The notes under the pieces: generated by a model
The model's database searches: none
Told to the model about the DNA's origin: nothing
What the model saw: only the letters and a program-made list of their open reading frames with translations
Shown: positions 1 through 10,087 of the stretch, piece by piece
Layout: the number at the start of each line of letters is the position of its first letter
How positions within the stretch are numbered: position 1 is the stretch's first letter
Translations under genes and position numbers: made by a program
Assembly: GCA_963665775.2 (NCBI GenBank)
Contig: CAXXTF010000002.1
Location: 256,001 to 320,000 of the forward strand
Source of the DNA: Dehalococcoidia bacterium
GTDB taxonomy: Bacteria; Chloroflexota; Dehalococcoidia; SM23-28-2; RBG-16-64-32
Direction: 5' to 3'
Length of the DNA stretch: 64,000 bases

Positions 1-473
1 TGAACACGAACATTTTGATATCGTCGTCCGACATAGGCGATCCGACCAGCGCCGCCGACGTTTACGCCTTGCTGCAAGCCCGCGGGTTCAATCAGGACGA
101 GTACGACATAGTGGCCGTACTGGATTTTGACGCTAACGATCCTAAGGGTGGCTTCTACGACGGCGGCAATTTCATTTATGTGGGTTGGATTTTCGACGAC
201 TGTAGAAACCCCGAGGATGACACGTTCTGTAAGGAGGGCCAGGGGGTTCTCGATGAGGACGCGACGTATCTCTTAGCGGCTACCATTTATCATCACGAGG
301 TCGGACACTTCTTCGGATGGGAACATGAGTGGCCGTTCAGGCAATTGCCCTGCTGCCCCACTCTTATCACCGAATCAATACTTTACGGCTGGGGGGACAC
401 CGACGGTGATGGCATCCCGGAAATCCTGGACCCAACACCATATGGCATGTCAATAGCGGTGCCATCAGGTTAG
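1..473 (+). CDS. Putative zinc metalloprotease (5'-partial) with a C-terminal Ca-binding DxDxDG motif
   Basis: HHEVGHFFGWEH is an HExxHxxGxxH zincin motif; DTDGDGIPE near the C-terminus; frame is open to the window start. Confidence 0.6.
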   Translation, partial: NTNILISSSDIGDPTSAADVYALLQARGFNQDEYDIVAVLDFDANDPKGGFYDGGNFIYVGWIFDDCRNPEDDTFCKEGQGVLDEDATYLLAATIYHHEVGHFFGWEHEWPFRQLPCCPTLITESILYGWGDTDGDGIPEILDPTPYGMSIAVPSG

Positions 474-715
474 GCACCCGGCGGTTACTAGGTGTGTAGG
501 CCTCATCGTCTCCGTTTCGCTGAAAGGCAGCGATCCGCAAGGCGGCTCTACCCACTAGCGGGATATACCGCCATTCTTCCCGCTCTGCCACAGAGCGCTG
601 GTGGCTCGGGCACGGGCATGGGCAGATTGATTCGATAGGAGCGCCAAGCGCGAAGTGATTGCCTTCCGGTGGTACACTTTGATTCCTATCGGACGGGCCA
701 GAGGGAGGCCGAGTT

Positions 716-802
716 ATGAGAGGGTGGGCCATCTGGGGGACGACGGTGGCGATACTGCTGCTGGGCAACGCTATCGTGTGGCTAATGGTGGCTAGTCTGT
801 GA
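716..802 (+). CDS. Small 28-aa single-TM membrane peptide MRGWAIWGTTVAILLLGNAIVWLMVASL
   Basis: GGGAGG Shine-Dalgarno just upstream of the ATG; hydrophobic helix; below the ORF-track length cutoff. Confidence 0.5.
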   Translation: MRGWAIWGTTVAILLLGNAIVWLMVASL

Positions 803-872
803 ATCGGTCGCCGAGGGATCTCGACCCGAGGGCAGGGTCTGTTCGTTCTGGCACCATAGCCTATATCGAGAT

Positions 873-1778
873 TCATCCACGAGCGTCCAGCCCCCTTTCC
901 GCCTCCCCTTTCAGGACCTCGAAGAGGTGGCTGCCCAACTCGTCCATCTCCCGATCGTACGAAGCCGGCATCCAGTCCTCAGGATCGTCCCGGATACGTC
1001 GAGCCGTTTCGGCGTCCTCCTCTATCTCTTCCCATACGAGCGCCCAGCGCCTATCTACCGGGAATACGCTTTCCCGCCGCCAGGCTTCGCTGGGCGGAGC
1101 GCCATCCTCCCTCTCGTGGAGCAGGTCCTCCAGCAGAGGCCGGTCGTACTCCGAGATCTGCCGGACCGCCACGGTAGCGAACCCTTCGAGGAAGTCGATC
1201 CCGACCGCTCGGCTCTCCTCGATCAGATAGCTGTAGATGGCCTTCACCTCGCCAGCCAGCCGCCGGACCCGCCCGACGAGGAGTCCCAGTACCTCCACTA
1301 TTCGCTCATCGAGCTGAACGCCGCTGGTCTTGCCGATTGGGGATCGCTTCTTCTTTCCCCAGACACCGAGGCGGACGGTCCCCAGAAACGCCCGAATCTC
1401 CAACGGTTCGCCGGGCTTGAGGTTAGGATTCTTCACCAACAGGGCGTTTGCGACAGCGGGGTCGAACACGATCGCCTCCTCCATCTCGACCAGCGCCCGT
1501 TCAAACCAGAGGATGCGGTCGCGCTCAAGGAGCTGCCTCCGCGCTTCATCGACCAGCTGAGCCAGCAAACGAAGGTTAGGTAGAAGCACCTGGTACCGGG
1601 TTATTACCGCGTGATAGCGGTCCCACTCCTGGCTGCTGAGCGCCCGAACCATCTTTAGACGGTCGCCCGGGGAGAGCGCCGGCTCCTTGCGGACGGTGTC
1701 CTCTATGGCTAGGCGCGCCTTCTCCTCGGGAGAGAGGGCACGAATGATCTCTTCCAGTCGTTTCTCTTTGGACGTCAT
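873..1778 (-). CDS. Hypothetical protein (element-encoded)
   Basis: 301-aa ORF with protein-like composition, 7 bp downstream of the co-oriented previous gene. Confidence 0.7.
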   Translation of the reverse strand: MTSKEKRLEEIIRALSPEEKARLAIEDTVRKEPALSPGDRLKMVRALSSQEWDRYHAVITRYQVLLPNLRLLAQLVDEARRQLLERDRILWFERALVEMEEAIVFDPAVANALLVKNPNLKPGEPLEIRAFLGTVRLGVWGKKKRSPIGKTSGVQLDERIVEVLGLLVGRVRRLAGEVKAIYSYLIEESRAVGIDFLEGFATVAVRQISEYDRPLLEDLLHEREDGAPPSEAWRRESVFPVDRRWALVWEEIEEDAETARRIRDDPEDWMPASYDREMDELGSHLFEVLKGEAERGLDARG

Positions 1779-1785
1779 AGGGACC

Positions 1786-2163
1786 CTAGGCGTTCCTCCG
1801 AAGCGTATCTTCCAGGGCTTCGAGCCTGCTCTCCAGCTCGCCCTTTTCCAGCAGGTTTACGCTCACCTGGGCCAGGTAGGCGAGGGCGCGGGAGCGGCCG
1901 AGGGAGTTCTCCAGGGACAGGGTATCTACGGCCGCCACTTCGACCAGTCTCCGGATCTCGCTGACAGTGCCGAGCCCCTGGAAATCGTAGGCGCTGGCGA
2001 CGGTCTGCTCCTTGCGCCGGCGGAGGCCACCGAGCCGCCGAGCCTCCGCGACCTCCTTGGCGTGCTCAGGTGAATGCATGAGACAGAGTTCGCCATCGCG
2101 GAGCGGCTGCGCCTGGCAAGGGCTGCCGTCCTCTTTGAGGGCGTTGCAGGCCCGGGATGCCAC
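1786..2163 (-). CDS. HGGxSTG/terminase-small-subunit-like Zn-binding protein
   Basis: C-x9-C-x10-C-x2-H N-terminus (CNALKEDGSPCQAQPLRDGELCLMH) followed by a helical region; GAGGTG RBS. Confidence 0.55.
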   Translation of the reverse strand: MASRACNALKEDGSPCQAQPLRDGELCLMHSPEHAKEVAEARRLGGLRRRKEQTVASAYDFQGLGTVSEIRRLVEVAAVDTLSLENSLGRSRALAYLAQVSVNLLEKGELESRLEALEDTLRRNA

Positions 2164-2275
2164 TATTTGCCACCTCTGCTGGTAAGGGGGGTAGGTGGTG
2201 CCAGCTGACCCTGGAGCGGATGGGCAGGCCCCTCACGGACCTGCCCTGTGCTGCTATTCGATTGTCGGCTCCGAC

Positions 2276-2680
2276 TTAGGGGGAAGCCTCCGGCTGGTCC
2301 GGCTTGTGGCCCTGGGGGCAGCCCTGGGGCTCGACGCCCTCCGGCGCCTCGAACGCCTCCATGCAGGCGCTGCAGAAGTAGCGACCGTCCTCCAGTAGCT
2401 CGAAGGTTGAGGAAGCCTTCTTCTTGGCGGGACGCTTGGGTGGGTTCTTCGGAGCCGAGTCCTCCTCGCTGTCTGCGAGGCTCCAGAAGCGCTAGCCGTT
2501 GCAGGACTTGCCGCCCATTACGGCGCGGCCGGCGGACGATGGGCTGCTGAACTCCTGGCCGTCTTCCAGCTGGTAGCGGATGCCCTCCTCCGTCTCGATG
2601 ACCTCGCAGACGTAGTCCTGGCCCTTGTAGCGGGCAGCCAGGCGGGTTCCGGCCGTCAGGCTTCTGTTCTCGACGGGCAT
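2276..2680 (-). pseudogene. RAMA/DUF2924-like DNA-binding protein with a C-terminal Zn ribbon, interrupted by an in-frame TAG
   Basis: Reads FSSPSSAGRAVMGGKSCNG*RFWS, with the stop at 2492-2494 where the conserved W of NGWxFW is expected; the frame continues to FCSAC...CPQGH and TAA at 2276. Confidence 0.75.
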
Positions 2681-2709
2681 GAAGCACCTCCTTGGATTTG
2701 GTGCTCACA

Positions 2710-2934
2710 TCAGTCACTCAGTTCCGAAGACAAGTCAAGATGGTCCCGCCAAACCTCGGGCCAACAGAGTGAGATACCTGTCTCCGGGTCCAAATCGGCC
2801 AAGGAACCGGCGGCGCAGAGGCGACTGCCAAAATGATATTTCTCGCCTTTAAGAACGACTACCACGGGCTCTCCCCTGAATTCCTTCCCGCAGTCGTGAC
2901 ACTTCTGGATTTCGATCTGCTGTCCGAGTTCCAT
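2710..2934 (-). CDS. Small hypothetical Zn-finger-like protein
   Basis: CHDC...YHFGSRLC; GGAGGG RBS; lies within the operon. Confidence 0.6.
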   Translation of the reverse strand: MELGQQIEIQKCHDCGKEFRGEPVVVVLKGEKYHFGSRLCAAGSLADLDPETGISLCWPEVWRDHLDLSSELSD

Positions 2935-2943
2935 TATTCCCTC

Positions 2944-4179
2944 CTATCTGACTCTTTCGGCATTTCCACCGCTAAAGCTTTCCCAGCGAGCAATCGCTAT
3001 CCGGCAATAGTGTGGGTCTAGCTCTAGGCCATAGCAGACCCGCCCGGTGCGCTCGGCGGCGATGAGAGTGGTGCCTGAACCGAGGAACAGGTCCAAGACC
3101 ACATCGCCTTGCTGGCTGCTGTTCTCGATGGCCCGCTCCACCAGGGCCAGCGGCTTCATCGTCGGGTGGAGCTCCGACTCCGCCGGGCGCGGGATCGTCC
3201 AGACATCACCCTGGTCGCGGTCGCCACACCAGTGGTGCTTGGCTCCGTCCCGCCACCCGTACCAGATCGGCTCGTACTGGCGCTGGTAGTCGGCCCGACC
3301 GAGAGTGAAGCGGTCCTTAGCCCAGATGATGGTGTCGGACCAGTGGCCGCCCAGCTCGTCGAGGATGCGCGAGACGACCGGCCACTCCTTCGTGCTCATG
3401 CAGATGTAGAGGGCGCCCTCGACACGGGTCAAGAGGTTCTTTGCCCAGGCGCGGCAGAACGCCTCCCACTCCTCCGGCGACAGAGAATCGTTCCTGACCT
3501 GGCGTTTGCGGGAGCCCCGCTGCTGGCCGCCGTGGTCGCCGTAGCTGACGTTGTAAGGAGGGTCAGTGAAGGCCACGGAGGCCTGTCCTGTGTCTACCAG
3601 GCGCTCCACGTCGCCGGTGTCGGTAGCATCGCCGCACATGATCCGATGGTCGCCGAGCTGCCAGACCTCGCCCCCCTCAACGCCAGGGTCTGCCCTGGCT
3701 GCCTCCAGGGCAGCGTCGAGGTCAAACGTCTCCGGGCGGTCCCGCCTCTCACGGACATCGAGCGATCGGAGCAGGTTCTTGATCTCGTCCTCCTCGAAAC
3801 CCGAAAGGGTGAGATCGATGTCGGGAACGCTTCCTAGCTCCGAAAGGAGGCGGGCAAGCAGATCCTGGTCCCAGTCGCCTGTGATGCGGTTGAGGGCCAG
3901 GTTCAGGAGCTTGGCCTGCTCCATAGTGAGTTCCACGAAGATGACTGGAACGGTGGCGTAGCCGAGGCGGCGGGCTGCCAGGAGGCGCTGATGGCCGCCG
4001 ATGACGGTCGCGCCCTCTCGCCGGGCGATGATGGGATCTACCAGGCCAAACTCCTGGACACTGCGGGTGAGGCTGTGCAGCTCGGCCTTGGTGATCCGAC
4101 GGGGGTTTGCGGAGTCGAGGCGGAGCGCGTCGATGGGGACTTGCTCGATGGCGAGGTGCCGATCTCGCTCCTTCATCAT
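2944..4179 (-). CDS. ParB-like nuclease domain fused to an N6/N4 DNA methyltransferase (phage type)
   Basis: NPR...IGGHQR ParB domain; FTDPPY, HPTMKP and DLFLGSGTT methylase motifs; start chosen at the ATG-ATG codons (ORF is open to 4221). Confidence 0.9.
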   Translation of the reverse strand: MMKERDRHLAIEQVPIDALRLDSANPRRITKAELHSLTRSVQEFGLVDPIIARREGATVIGGHQRLLAARRLGYATVPVIFVELTMEQAKLLNLALNRITGDWDQDLLARLLSELGSVPDIDLTLSGFEEDEIKNLLRSLDVRERRDRPETFDLDAALEAARADPGVEGGEVWQLGDHRIMCGDATDTGDVERLVDTGQASVAFTDPPYNVSYGDHGGQQRGSRKRQVRNDSLSPEEWEAFCRAWAKNLLTRVEGALYICMSTKEWPVVSRILDELGGHWSDTIIWAKDRFTLGRADYQRQYEPIWYGWRDGAKHHWCGDRDQGDVWTIPRPAESELHPTMKPLALVERAIENSSQQGDVVLDLFLGSGTTLIAAERTGRVCYGLELDPHYCRIAIARWESFSGGNAERVR

Positions 4180-4180
4180 G

Positions 4181-6830
4181 CTAGCCTTCACGCTGACACC
4201 CCCCGCAAATATCACTGACACTGACGACGCTCATCCTCATGCCGCACTGGTGACAGCGCGGAACGTCTTGCGGATGTTCGGAGGGCATCTTCCGCCCATC
4301 ATCCGCATTTGAATCTGAATCTGACCGAATAGCATGCGGATGTTGTGCGTATGTTGAGGCCGCGACCTGGGCAACATCCGCAGTTTTATCGGCCTTGGCG
4401 GTCTCCAGGTGCCAGAGCGCCCCCTTGCTGTGCTCGTCCTCGCCGGCCCGGCGTATGAATACGTGGTCGAACCGCCGGTCGCGCCGCTCGGCCAGCGCCT
4501 TGCCCAAACGTGTCCTGAGCGATCGGTCGGAGGCACCTTCCCTGACCCTCTCGAAGACACTGGGGAGTAGGTCCAACCCCTGGGTGAGCAACTGCGCCGC
4601 CTTGACCGGCTCGACCCCGTGCTCATCCCACCAGGCGTGGCAGAAGCTCCGCCATTCCTCGGTCTCGGCGTCGGCGTGGCGGTAAAGCTCTTCGCGGTTG
4701 GCGAGGAAGCCGGCTATGCCAGCGGCCTGTAGGGTGCCACCGACGACAGATGACCATCCCTCGTACGATCCGAGCGGCTTGCCGTCCCAGGCCGGGCGGC
4801 CCCGAGCAAGCCAGTTCTGAATCAGGATGAGGAATGCCCACACGAGTTCGTGACGATGGCGCTGCAGCCAGCCACTGAGGTTTTCGTGCCGAAAGCTGGT
4901 GCGCTCCCAGGGTCTGTCAACCTTCGCGTCGAGCCGAATCCACACCGCCCGTCGGGCGATCTCGTCGCCCATGTGGAGGTTGTTTCCCGTCGCTAGCCAC
5001 ACTGCCCGGTTCGGCAGCTCGATGGTTTGGGTCTTGCCGAGCAGACGGTCAGACCAGATCGTAGCCGTCAGCAGTGCGGCAAGGGTGCCAGATTCGAGGC
5101 GGCGCTTAATGTTATCGAAGAGACCGATAGGGCTGCCGGCCAAGAGGAGAGCGGTGATCCGCTTTCTCAGCTCCTCTTCGTTGCGGGCCTCCGTCATAAC
5201 ACCTGGCACTGTGCCGCTCGTGATGATCCCGATTCCAGCGGTCAGCAGGCCCTTCCCCGTACCAGCTGCTGGCGCGTCTATCGCAAAGAGCGGCGTAGGT
5301 CCGTCGATCATCTCGCGGGTGATGGCGGTGATGGGCGCGGCCATAGCGTTGGCCCGCGACGCATCTTCTGCAAAGGGAAAGTCGGCTAGCCACTCTTGGC
5401 CGATGAGCTGCTTTGCCCGTTTCAGATCCGTAGCGTCCGGTCGATCGGGGACGCATGGGACTGGTTCCCCACTTGGCTCGTAGTACAGGCCTGTGCTTGG
5501 CTGGTATCCCACGTGTGTGACGAGCGTGCCGTCGGGAGCAAAGGTGGGCGTGCCGATGACGCCGCGGAGCACAGGAAGGAGCTTGGGCAGCGCCTCCATA
5601 TCCTCGATGACATCACGCGGTGGCCGGGCTGGCTTCGGCCCGTCATCGGTCAGCTTGACCCAGTCTGCAATGCGATCTAGTCGCCCCTTTAGCCCGGGAA
5701 GACCCAGGTGCACTATTCGCGCCGGGCCACGGTCGCGCCGCACCTCCGCAATGGAGTCCATGCTCAAAGAATCTTGGCGGGTCGTTGCATCTGTGCAGGG
5801 CCTGCCAGGCGTCGTCAGCGATCTCGTGCAGGTGTCGATTGGAGATTACGATTCGAGGTAGATCAGCCTCTGGTGCCGGCATAGAGGCGGCTGGATGTGG
5901 GCCCGCCCCGGACGGACTACGAGGGGCGGGAGAAGCGCCCGTGCTGACGGCTTTCTCTATCGTCCCTTGTCCGTAGGTTCGGCCATCGCCATGATGCCGC
6001 TCGTCCCACTTCTCGCGATACAGGCCTGATCGCCGGAAGAGTCCGTCCATGCGGCCTGCGTCGCCTCCGGTCCAATACGCGAGTTGCGACGCTAGGGCCA
6101 GATCAGCCTCACTCTGCGAGGGGTACTCACTCCAGTCCCCGTTCCATAGGCGCTCGAAACGGGCTCCGTTCGCGGCATTCCTGGCCCGCTGGATGATCTC
6201 AAGGTCATCGATGTGGATGGGCTCTCGGTCTTCCGGTTCTCTTCGCCTCGCTTCGGGTTTGAGTCGGCTGTGGAGCTGAGCGATTTCAGCTGGCCGCTGT
6301 TCGATAGAGAGTGGCGTTTCTGGGAGATGGATGCCGGTTACTGTGAAGTAGCGGGCCCTGTCGTACATTTCGATGTGGCCGACCTTCGCGCTGGAGGGCA
6401 ATGTACCCTCGACGAATATCTTGGCGCCGCGCCCCGAGGGGGAGACCTCGGTGTAGCTATCCAGGAGAGAGATGATCTCGCAGGCCCAGGGCTCTATGTC
6501 GGCGGTTTCCGGGTCGCGACACTTGTCGAGGTCGATTCCGGCGTACGGGTCACCTGGCGTGAAAACGAATCCGACGCCAGCCGCTCGCTTCCCCTTCACT
6601 AGCCGTAGAGCTTCGTCGTACGTTCCCCATGTCGCGCTATCTGTTGACGATGCTATTCCGCCTGTGTGCGGGTTGAGGGGAGGCTTCGTGAGCTTCCCGT
6701 CTCGCTCTCGCCACCTCCAAGCGACCCATTGTCGCCGGGACTTGAGTTCAGGGGGTATGATGTCTGGCAGAATGATGGGCATCGCGGTAGCATCGGTCGC
6801 GCCGTCCGTCCGTCGGGATGCAAGCGTCAT
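4181..6830 (-). pseudogene. Primase-polymerase (NrS-1-like AEP) plus P-loop helicase-like domain, split by a frameshift near 5757-5765
   Basis: RQWVAW, GIDLDKC, TEVSPSGRGAKI and SQSEAD primase motifs in 5643-6830; AAGTGKG, LFDN and ATGNN in 4181-5767; the junction reads PPRFFEHG/SIAEVRR across frames. Confidence 0.75.
4270..4381. repeat. Iteron-like GCGGATGTT repeats in both orientations (putative replication origin)
   Basis: GCGGATGTT at 4270 and 4336, GCGTATGTT at 4347; reverse copies ATCTTCCGC 4287, ATCATCCGC 4298, AACATCCGC 4373; AT-rich centre. Confidence 0.6.
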
Positions 6831-6876
6831 AGCTGCAAGACCCTCCGGGCGACTGTGTAGTTCTGACCTTCACGGG

Positions 6877-7353
6877 TGCCCCTGCGGCTATTACGGCGAC
6901 CCGACGAAGCACTGCACCTGCTCGGAGGCGACGGTCAGCCGCTACCGGCAGCGCATATCCGGGCCGCTCCTGGACCGCATCGACATCTTCGTGGAGGTGC
7001 CACGGGTGGACTACGAGAAGCTTACCGAGGAGAACCAGGCGGAGGGCTCCGCGGAGGTTCGAGCGCGGGTGGAGAAGAGCTGGGAGCGGCAGCGTTCGCG
7101 GTTCTCGGAGTCACGGCTGTCGAGCAATGCGGAGATGGGGCCCGTCGAGGTGCGCGAGTTCTGCCAGCGCTTCCTGGACGAGGCGGCGAACTCCCTGCTA
7201 CGGATGGCCATGCAGCAGCTCGGCCTGTCGGCACGGGCCTTTCACCGGGTGTTGAAGGTGGCACGCACGGTAGCTGATCTGAGTGGTTCTGAGGGGGTCA
7301 CCGCCGCCCAGGTGGCCGAGGCGCTGCAGTACCGTCAGCGCGGCCAGAGCTAG
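6877..7353 (+). pseudogene. comM: 3' fragment of the YifB/ComM Mg-chelatase-like ATPase
   Basis: CPCGYYGD...YRQRISGPLLDRID...LSARAFHRVLKVARTVADL...EALQYR; the N-terminal two-thirds is missing and replaced by the element. Confidence 0.9.
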
Positions 7354-7399
7354 CAGCGGATTGGCGGCGTTTCCAATTTCCAGGGGATGCGCAGGAGAG

Positions 7400-7440
7400 C
7401 CTTCGCGACGCTCAGGGTCTGATCTGAACGACAGCGAAGG
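7400..7440. repeat. REP-like palindromic element
   Basis: CCTTCGC...CTCAG...CTGA...GCGAAGG stem-loop downstream of comM. Confidence 0.35.
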
Positions 7441-7601
7441 GATAAACGCCGCGTAGAACCTAGCTCCCTGGGCGAACTTACCGCTTGCTAAGCGTACGAT
7501 GATATGAGGGCCGGAGGGCGGCGCCTCAGCGCCTGCATCACTGGGTGACACGTGGCGGCGGTGACGCGTGGCGGGATAATGGTGGCGAGGCGTAAGGTAG
7601 G

Positions 7602-8447
7602 TTGCGTATGGCGGATCAGCTGAACGAGATCGGGCCGCTTCGGGGGCTATTGGCGCATGCCCAGCTCAGCCTCATCAGCGATGTCGACGGCACCATCGCT
7701 CCCATCGTCCCGAACGCTGAGGAGGCGGCGATCTCCCCTCGCTGCCGTGCGCTTCTAAGCGAACTGATGGGGCGCGGCGTACGGCTGGCTTTAGTCACCG
7801 GACGTTCCCTGGAGGTGGCGCGGGCCATGCTGGGGCTGGGTGGAGCAGCCTACGCGGCCAACCATGGCCTCACTCTCTGGGTGGAAGGTCGCGAGGAGAC
7901 GCCGGCGGTCGCTGGCGAATATGCGAGCCGGGCGCGTGAGGTAGTGAAGGAGCTGGCCGGTCTGGACATTCCGGGCGTCGTTCTGGAGGAGAAGGGGCCG
8001 GTGCTGGCCGTGCACTACCGACGTGCTGGCGACGAAAGGGCGGCCAGGGAGGCGGTGTTGGGCGCCATAGCCGCCTCGCCCGCGGCGCGGGCTTTCCGGC
8101 TTCACGAGGGGCGGAAGGTGATCGAGCTACGCCCGCCCCTGGACGTGGATAAGGGGACGGCTCTGGCGGCGCTCGTGTCGCGGCTAGGCCTGGAGGCGGT
8201 GATCTGTCTGGGGGACGATGCCACGGACATCGATATGTTCCGCGCCCTCGGTCGGCTACGGGAAGGCGGGCTGCTGGGGGCCAGCGTGGCGGTACGTAAT
8301 GAGGAGGCGACTCCGCAGGTGGTGGCCAGCGCGGACTACTGGGTGGATGGGATACCAGGGGTGGAGTGGCTGCTCCAGGAGATGCTCACAGCCCTCCCCG
8401 AGACACCGCCAGAAGGTCGCGCAACTGGCGCTCCAACCAGAAGGTGA
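7602..8447 (+). CDS. otsB: Trehalose-6-phosphate phosphatase
   Basis: HAD motifs DVDGT, VTGR, NHG, VHYR, DKG and GDDATD; next to otsA. Confidence 0.92.
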   Translation: MRMADQLNEIGPLRGLLAHAQLSLISDVDGTIAPIVPNAEEAAISPRCRALLSELMGRGVRLALVTGRSLEVARAMLGLGGAAYAANHGLTLWVEGREETPAVAGEYASRAREVVKELAGLDIPGVVLEEKGPVLAVHYRRAGDERAAREAVLGAIAASPAARAFRLHEGRKVIELRPPLDVDKGTALAALVSRLGLEAVICLGDDATDIDMFRALGRLREGGLLGASVAVRNEEATPQVVASADYWVDGIPGVEWLLQEMLTALPETPPEGRATGAPTRR

Positions 8448-9915
8448 TATCCTCCTCCTGGATGAGGCGCTTGAGGGCGGCGGCACGGCGTCGCCGTTCG
8501 GTCCCGGACATAGTGAGGGCCTGCTGCAGGGCTCGCACGGTGCCCTCCAGGTCTGTGGGGCAGATGGTCAGGGCGTACTCTGACAGCTGGTCGGAGGAGC
8601 CGGCCGTCTCGGAGAGGATGAGGACGCCGTCTCCCTTGTTGACTAGGGGGCCCTCCTTGGATACGAGATTCATGCCGTCGATGATGGGGTTAACCAGGAG
8701 CACGTCGTACAGTGACATACCGGCGATGGCCTGCGCGTAGTTGTTCTCGTAGAACACTCGGACAGGCTGCCAATCGGTACCGCCGTACTGGTCGTTGATG
8801 GAGTCGACGGCCTCGAATATCTCGTCGGTGTAGGTCTGATAGGCCTCCAGTTCGCTTCGGGAAGGCACCAGGAACTGCAAGAGGTTGACCTTGCCTTGGA
8901 GCTCTGGCTGACGCTCGATCAGAAGCTCGAAAGCGCGCAGTCCGCGGACGATGTTCTTGCTGGGCTCAGAGCGGTCCACCCGGACGATGGTATGCTGGCC
9001 CAGAAACGGCTGTAACAGCTGTTTGCGCTCCTGGACCTCCGGCGACTGGGCGAAGGCCAGGAGGCCGGCGGCATCTATGGAGATGGGGTAGTTACAGACG
9101 TGGGTGGTGTGTCCCTGGTAGGTGACCTGGCGCTGCTGGTAGTCGATAATGGCACCCTTGAGCATGGACTCGCAGCAGTGGAGGAAGTTGCGCACGTCGC
9201 TGGTGGCCTGGAGGCCCACGATGTCGGCGGCGCAGAGCTCCGCGTGGATCGTCTTGCGCATGAACTCCGGGAGGATACCCCAATAGCGGGGGCCCGGCCA
9301 GGGGATGTGGGTGAAGTGCAGGATGGTGGCTTTGGGCATCTCCCGCCGCACAGTAGCAGCCGCCAGGTACAGATGGTAGTCCTGAAGGAGGACGTAGGGG
9401 GGCTCCGGATCCTCGCGCGCCTCCTCGACTATGGCCTGGGCGACGGCCTCGTTCATGGGGACGTATCCGCTCTCCCAGGCCTGGTATATGGAGCGGCCGA
9501 TGTTCGGTGTGCGGGGGGTGTTCCACATGTAGTGCTGGATGAACCAAAGGAGGGGGTTACAGATGGTGTAGTAGTGGCGCTGATAGACGGCCGGCGGTAC
9601 CAGGACAAAGCGCACGTATATCTCGTTATCGGGGAGCCTGAGGAGGCCGTGTTCGGCCTCCGCGGCGGCCTGGCGGTCGCCATCGGTCATGGCAGTGGCG
9701 ATCCAGGTGGCTGGGACGAACCGGGTGGCGGCCATGAGGGCGGTGACCATGCCGCCGCTGCCTCGCTGAGCATCCAGCGAGCCGTCAGGCTTTACCTGAA
9801 ACTCGATGGGGCCGCGGTTGCTGGCGATGATGAGCCGGCGCCGGGCCAGCATCTGCTGGCAGAGGGCTTCGAGTCTCTGGAGCTTACCTTGGGCGCCGCT
9901 TTCAACGGTGGTCAT
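8386..9915 (-). CDS. otsA: Trehalose-6-phosphate synthase (GT20)
   Basis: ASNRGP, GGMV, QDYHL, HIPWP, VDRSEPSKN and DGMNLVSKE motifs. Confidence 0.9.
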   Translation of the reverse strand: MTTVESGAQGKLQRLEALCQQMLARRRLIIASNRGPIEFQVKPDGSLDAQRGSGGMVTALMAATRFVPATWIATAMTDGDRQAAAEAEHGLLRLPDNEIYVRFVLVPPAVYQRHYYTICNPLLWFIQHYMWNTPRTPNIGRSIYQAWESGYVPMNEAVAQAIVEEAREDPEPPYVLLQDYHLYLAAATVRREMPKATILHFTHIPWPGPRYWGILPEFMRKTIHAELCAADIVGLQATSDVRNFLHCCESMLKGAIIDYQQRQVTYQGHTTHVCNYPISIDAAGLLAFAQSPEVQERKQLLQPFLGQHTIVRVDRSEPSKNIVRGLRAFELLIERQPELQGKVNLLQFLVPSRSELEAYQTYTDEIFEAVDSINDQYGGTDWQPVRVFYENNYAQAIAGMSLYDVLLVNPIIDGMNLVSKEGPLVNKGDGVLILSETAGSSDQLSEYALTICPTDLEGTVRALQQALTMSGTERRRRAAALKRLIQEEDITFWLERQLRDLLAVSRGGL

Positions 9916-10011
9916 AAGCTTTAGGTGCAGGATGGGTGATCAGGCGAGGGTTGTCAACCGCGGGCCCCTGCCTTGCTGGGGGTGGCGGGCCGGACTAATA
10001 TGTAGCTGGCT

Positions 10012-10087
10012 GCCCCCGTAGCTCAGTCGGATAGAGCGCCGGCCTCCGGAGCCGGAAGCCCGGGTTCGAGTCCCGGCGGGGGTACCA
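10012..10087 (+). tRNA. tRNA-Arg(CCG)
   Basis: Cloverleaf GCCCCCG...CGGGGGTACCA, anticodon loop CTCCGGA, TTCGAG T-loop. Confidence 0.95.

Larger units (their letters stand above)
1..6876. mobile_element. Right part of a satellite-like integrative element inserted in comM
   Basis: Primase-polymerase, ParB-methylase, RAMA-like and HGGxSTG-like genes are co-oriented and abut a 5'-truncated comM exactly at the CPCG codons. Confidence 0.75.

Noticed and set aside
5757-5765. Programmed frameshift between the primase and helicase domains
   Set aside because: No slippery heptamer is evident, and a neighbouring gene is also broken; mutation or sequencing error is more likely.
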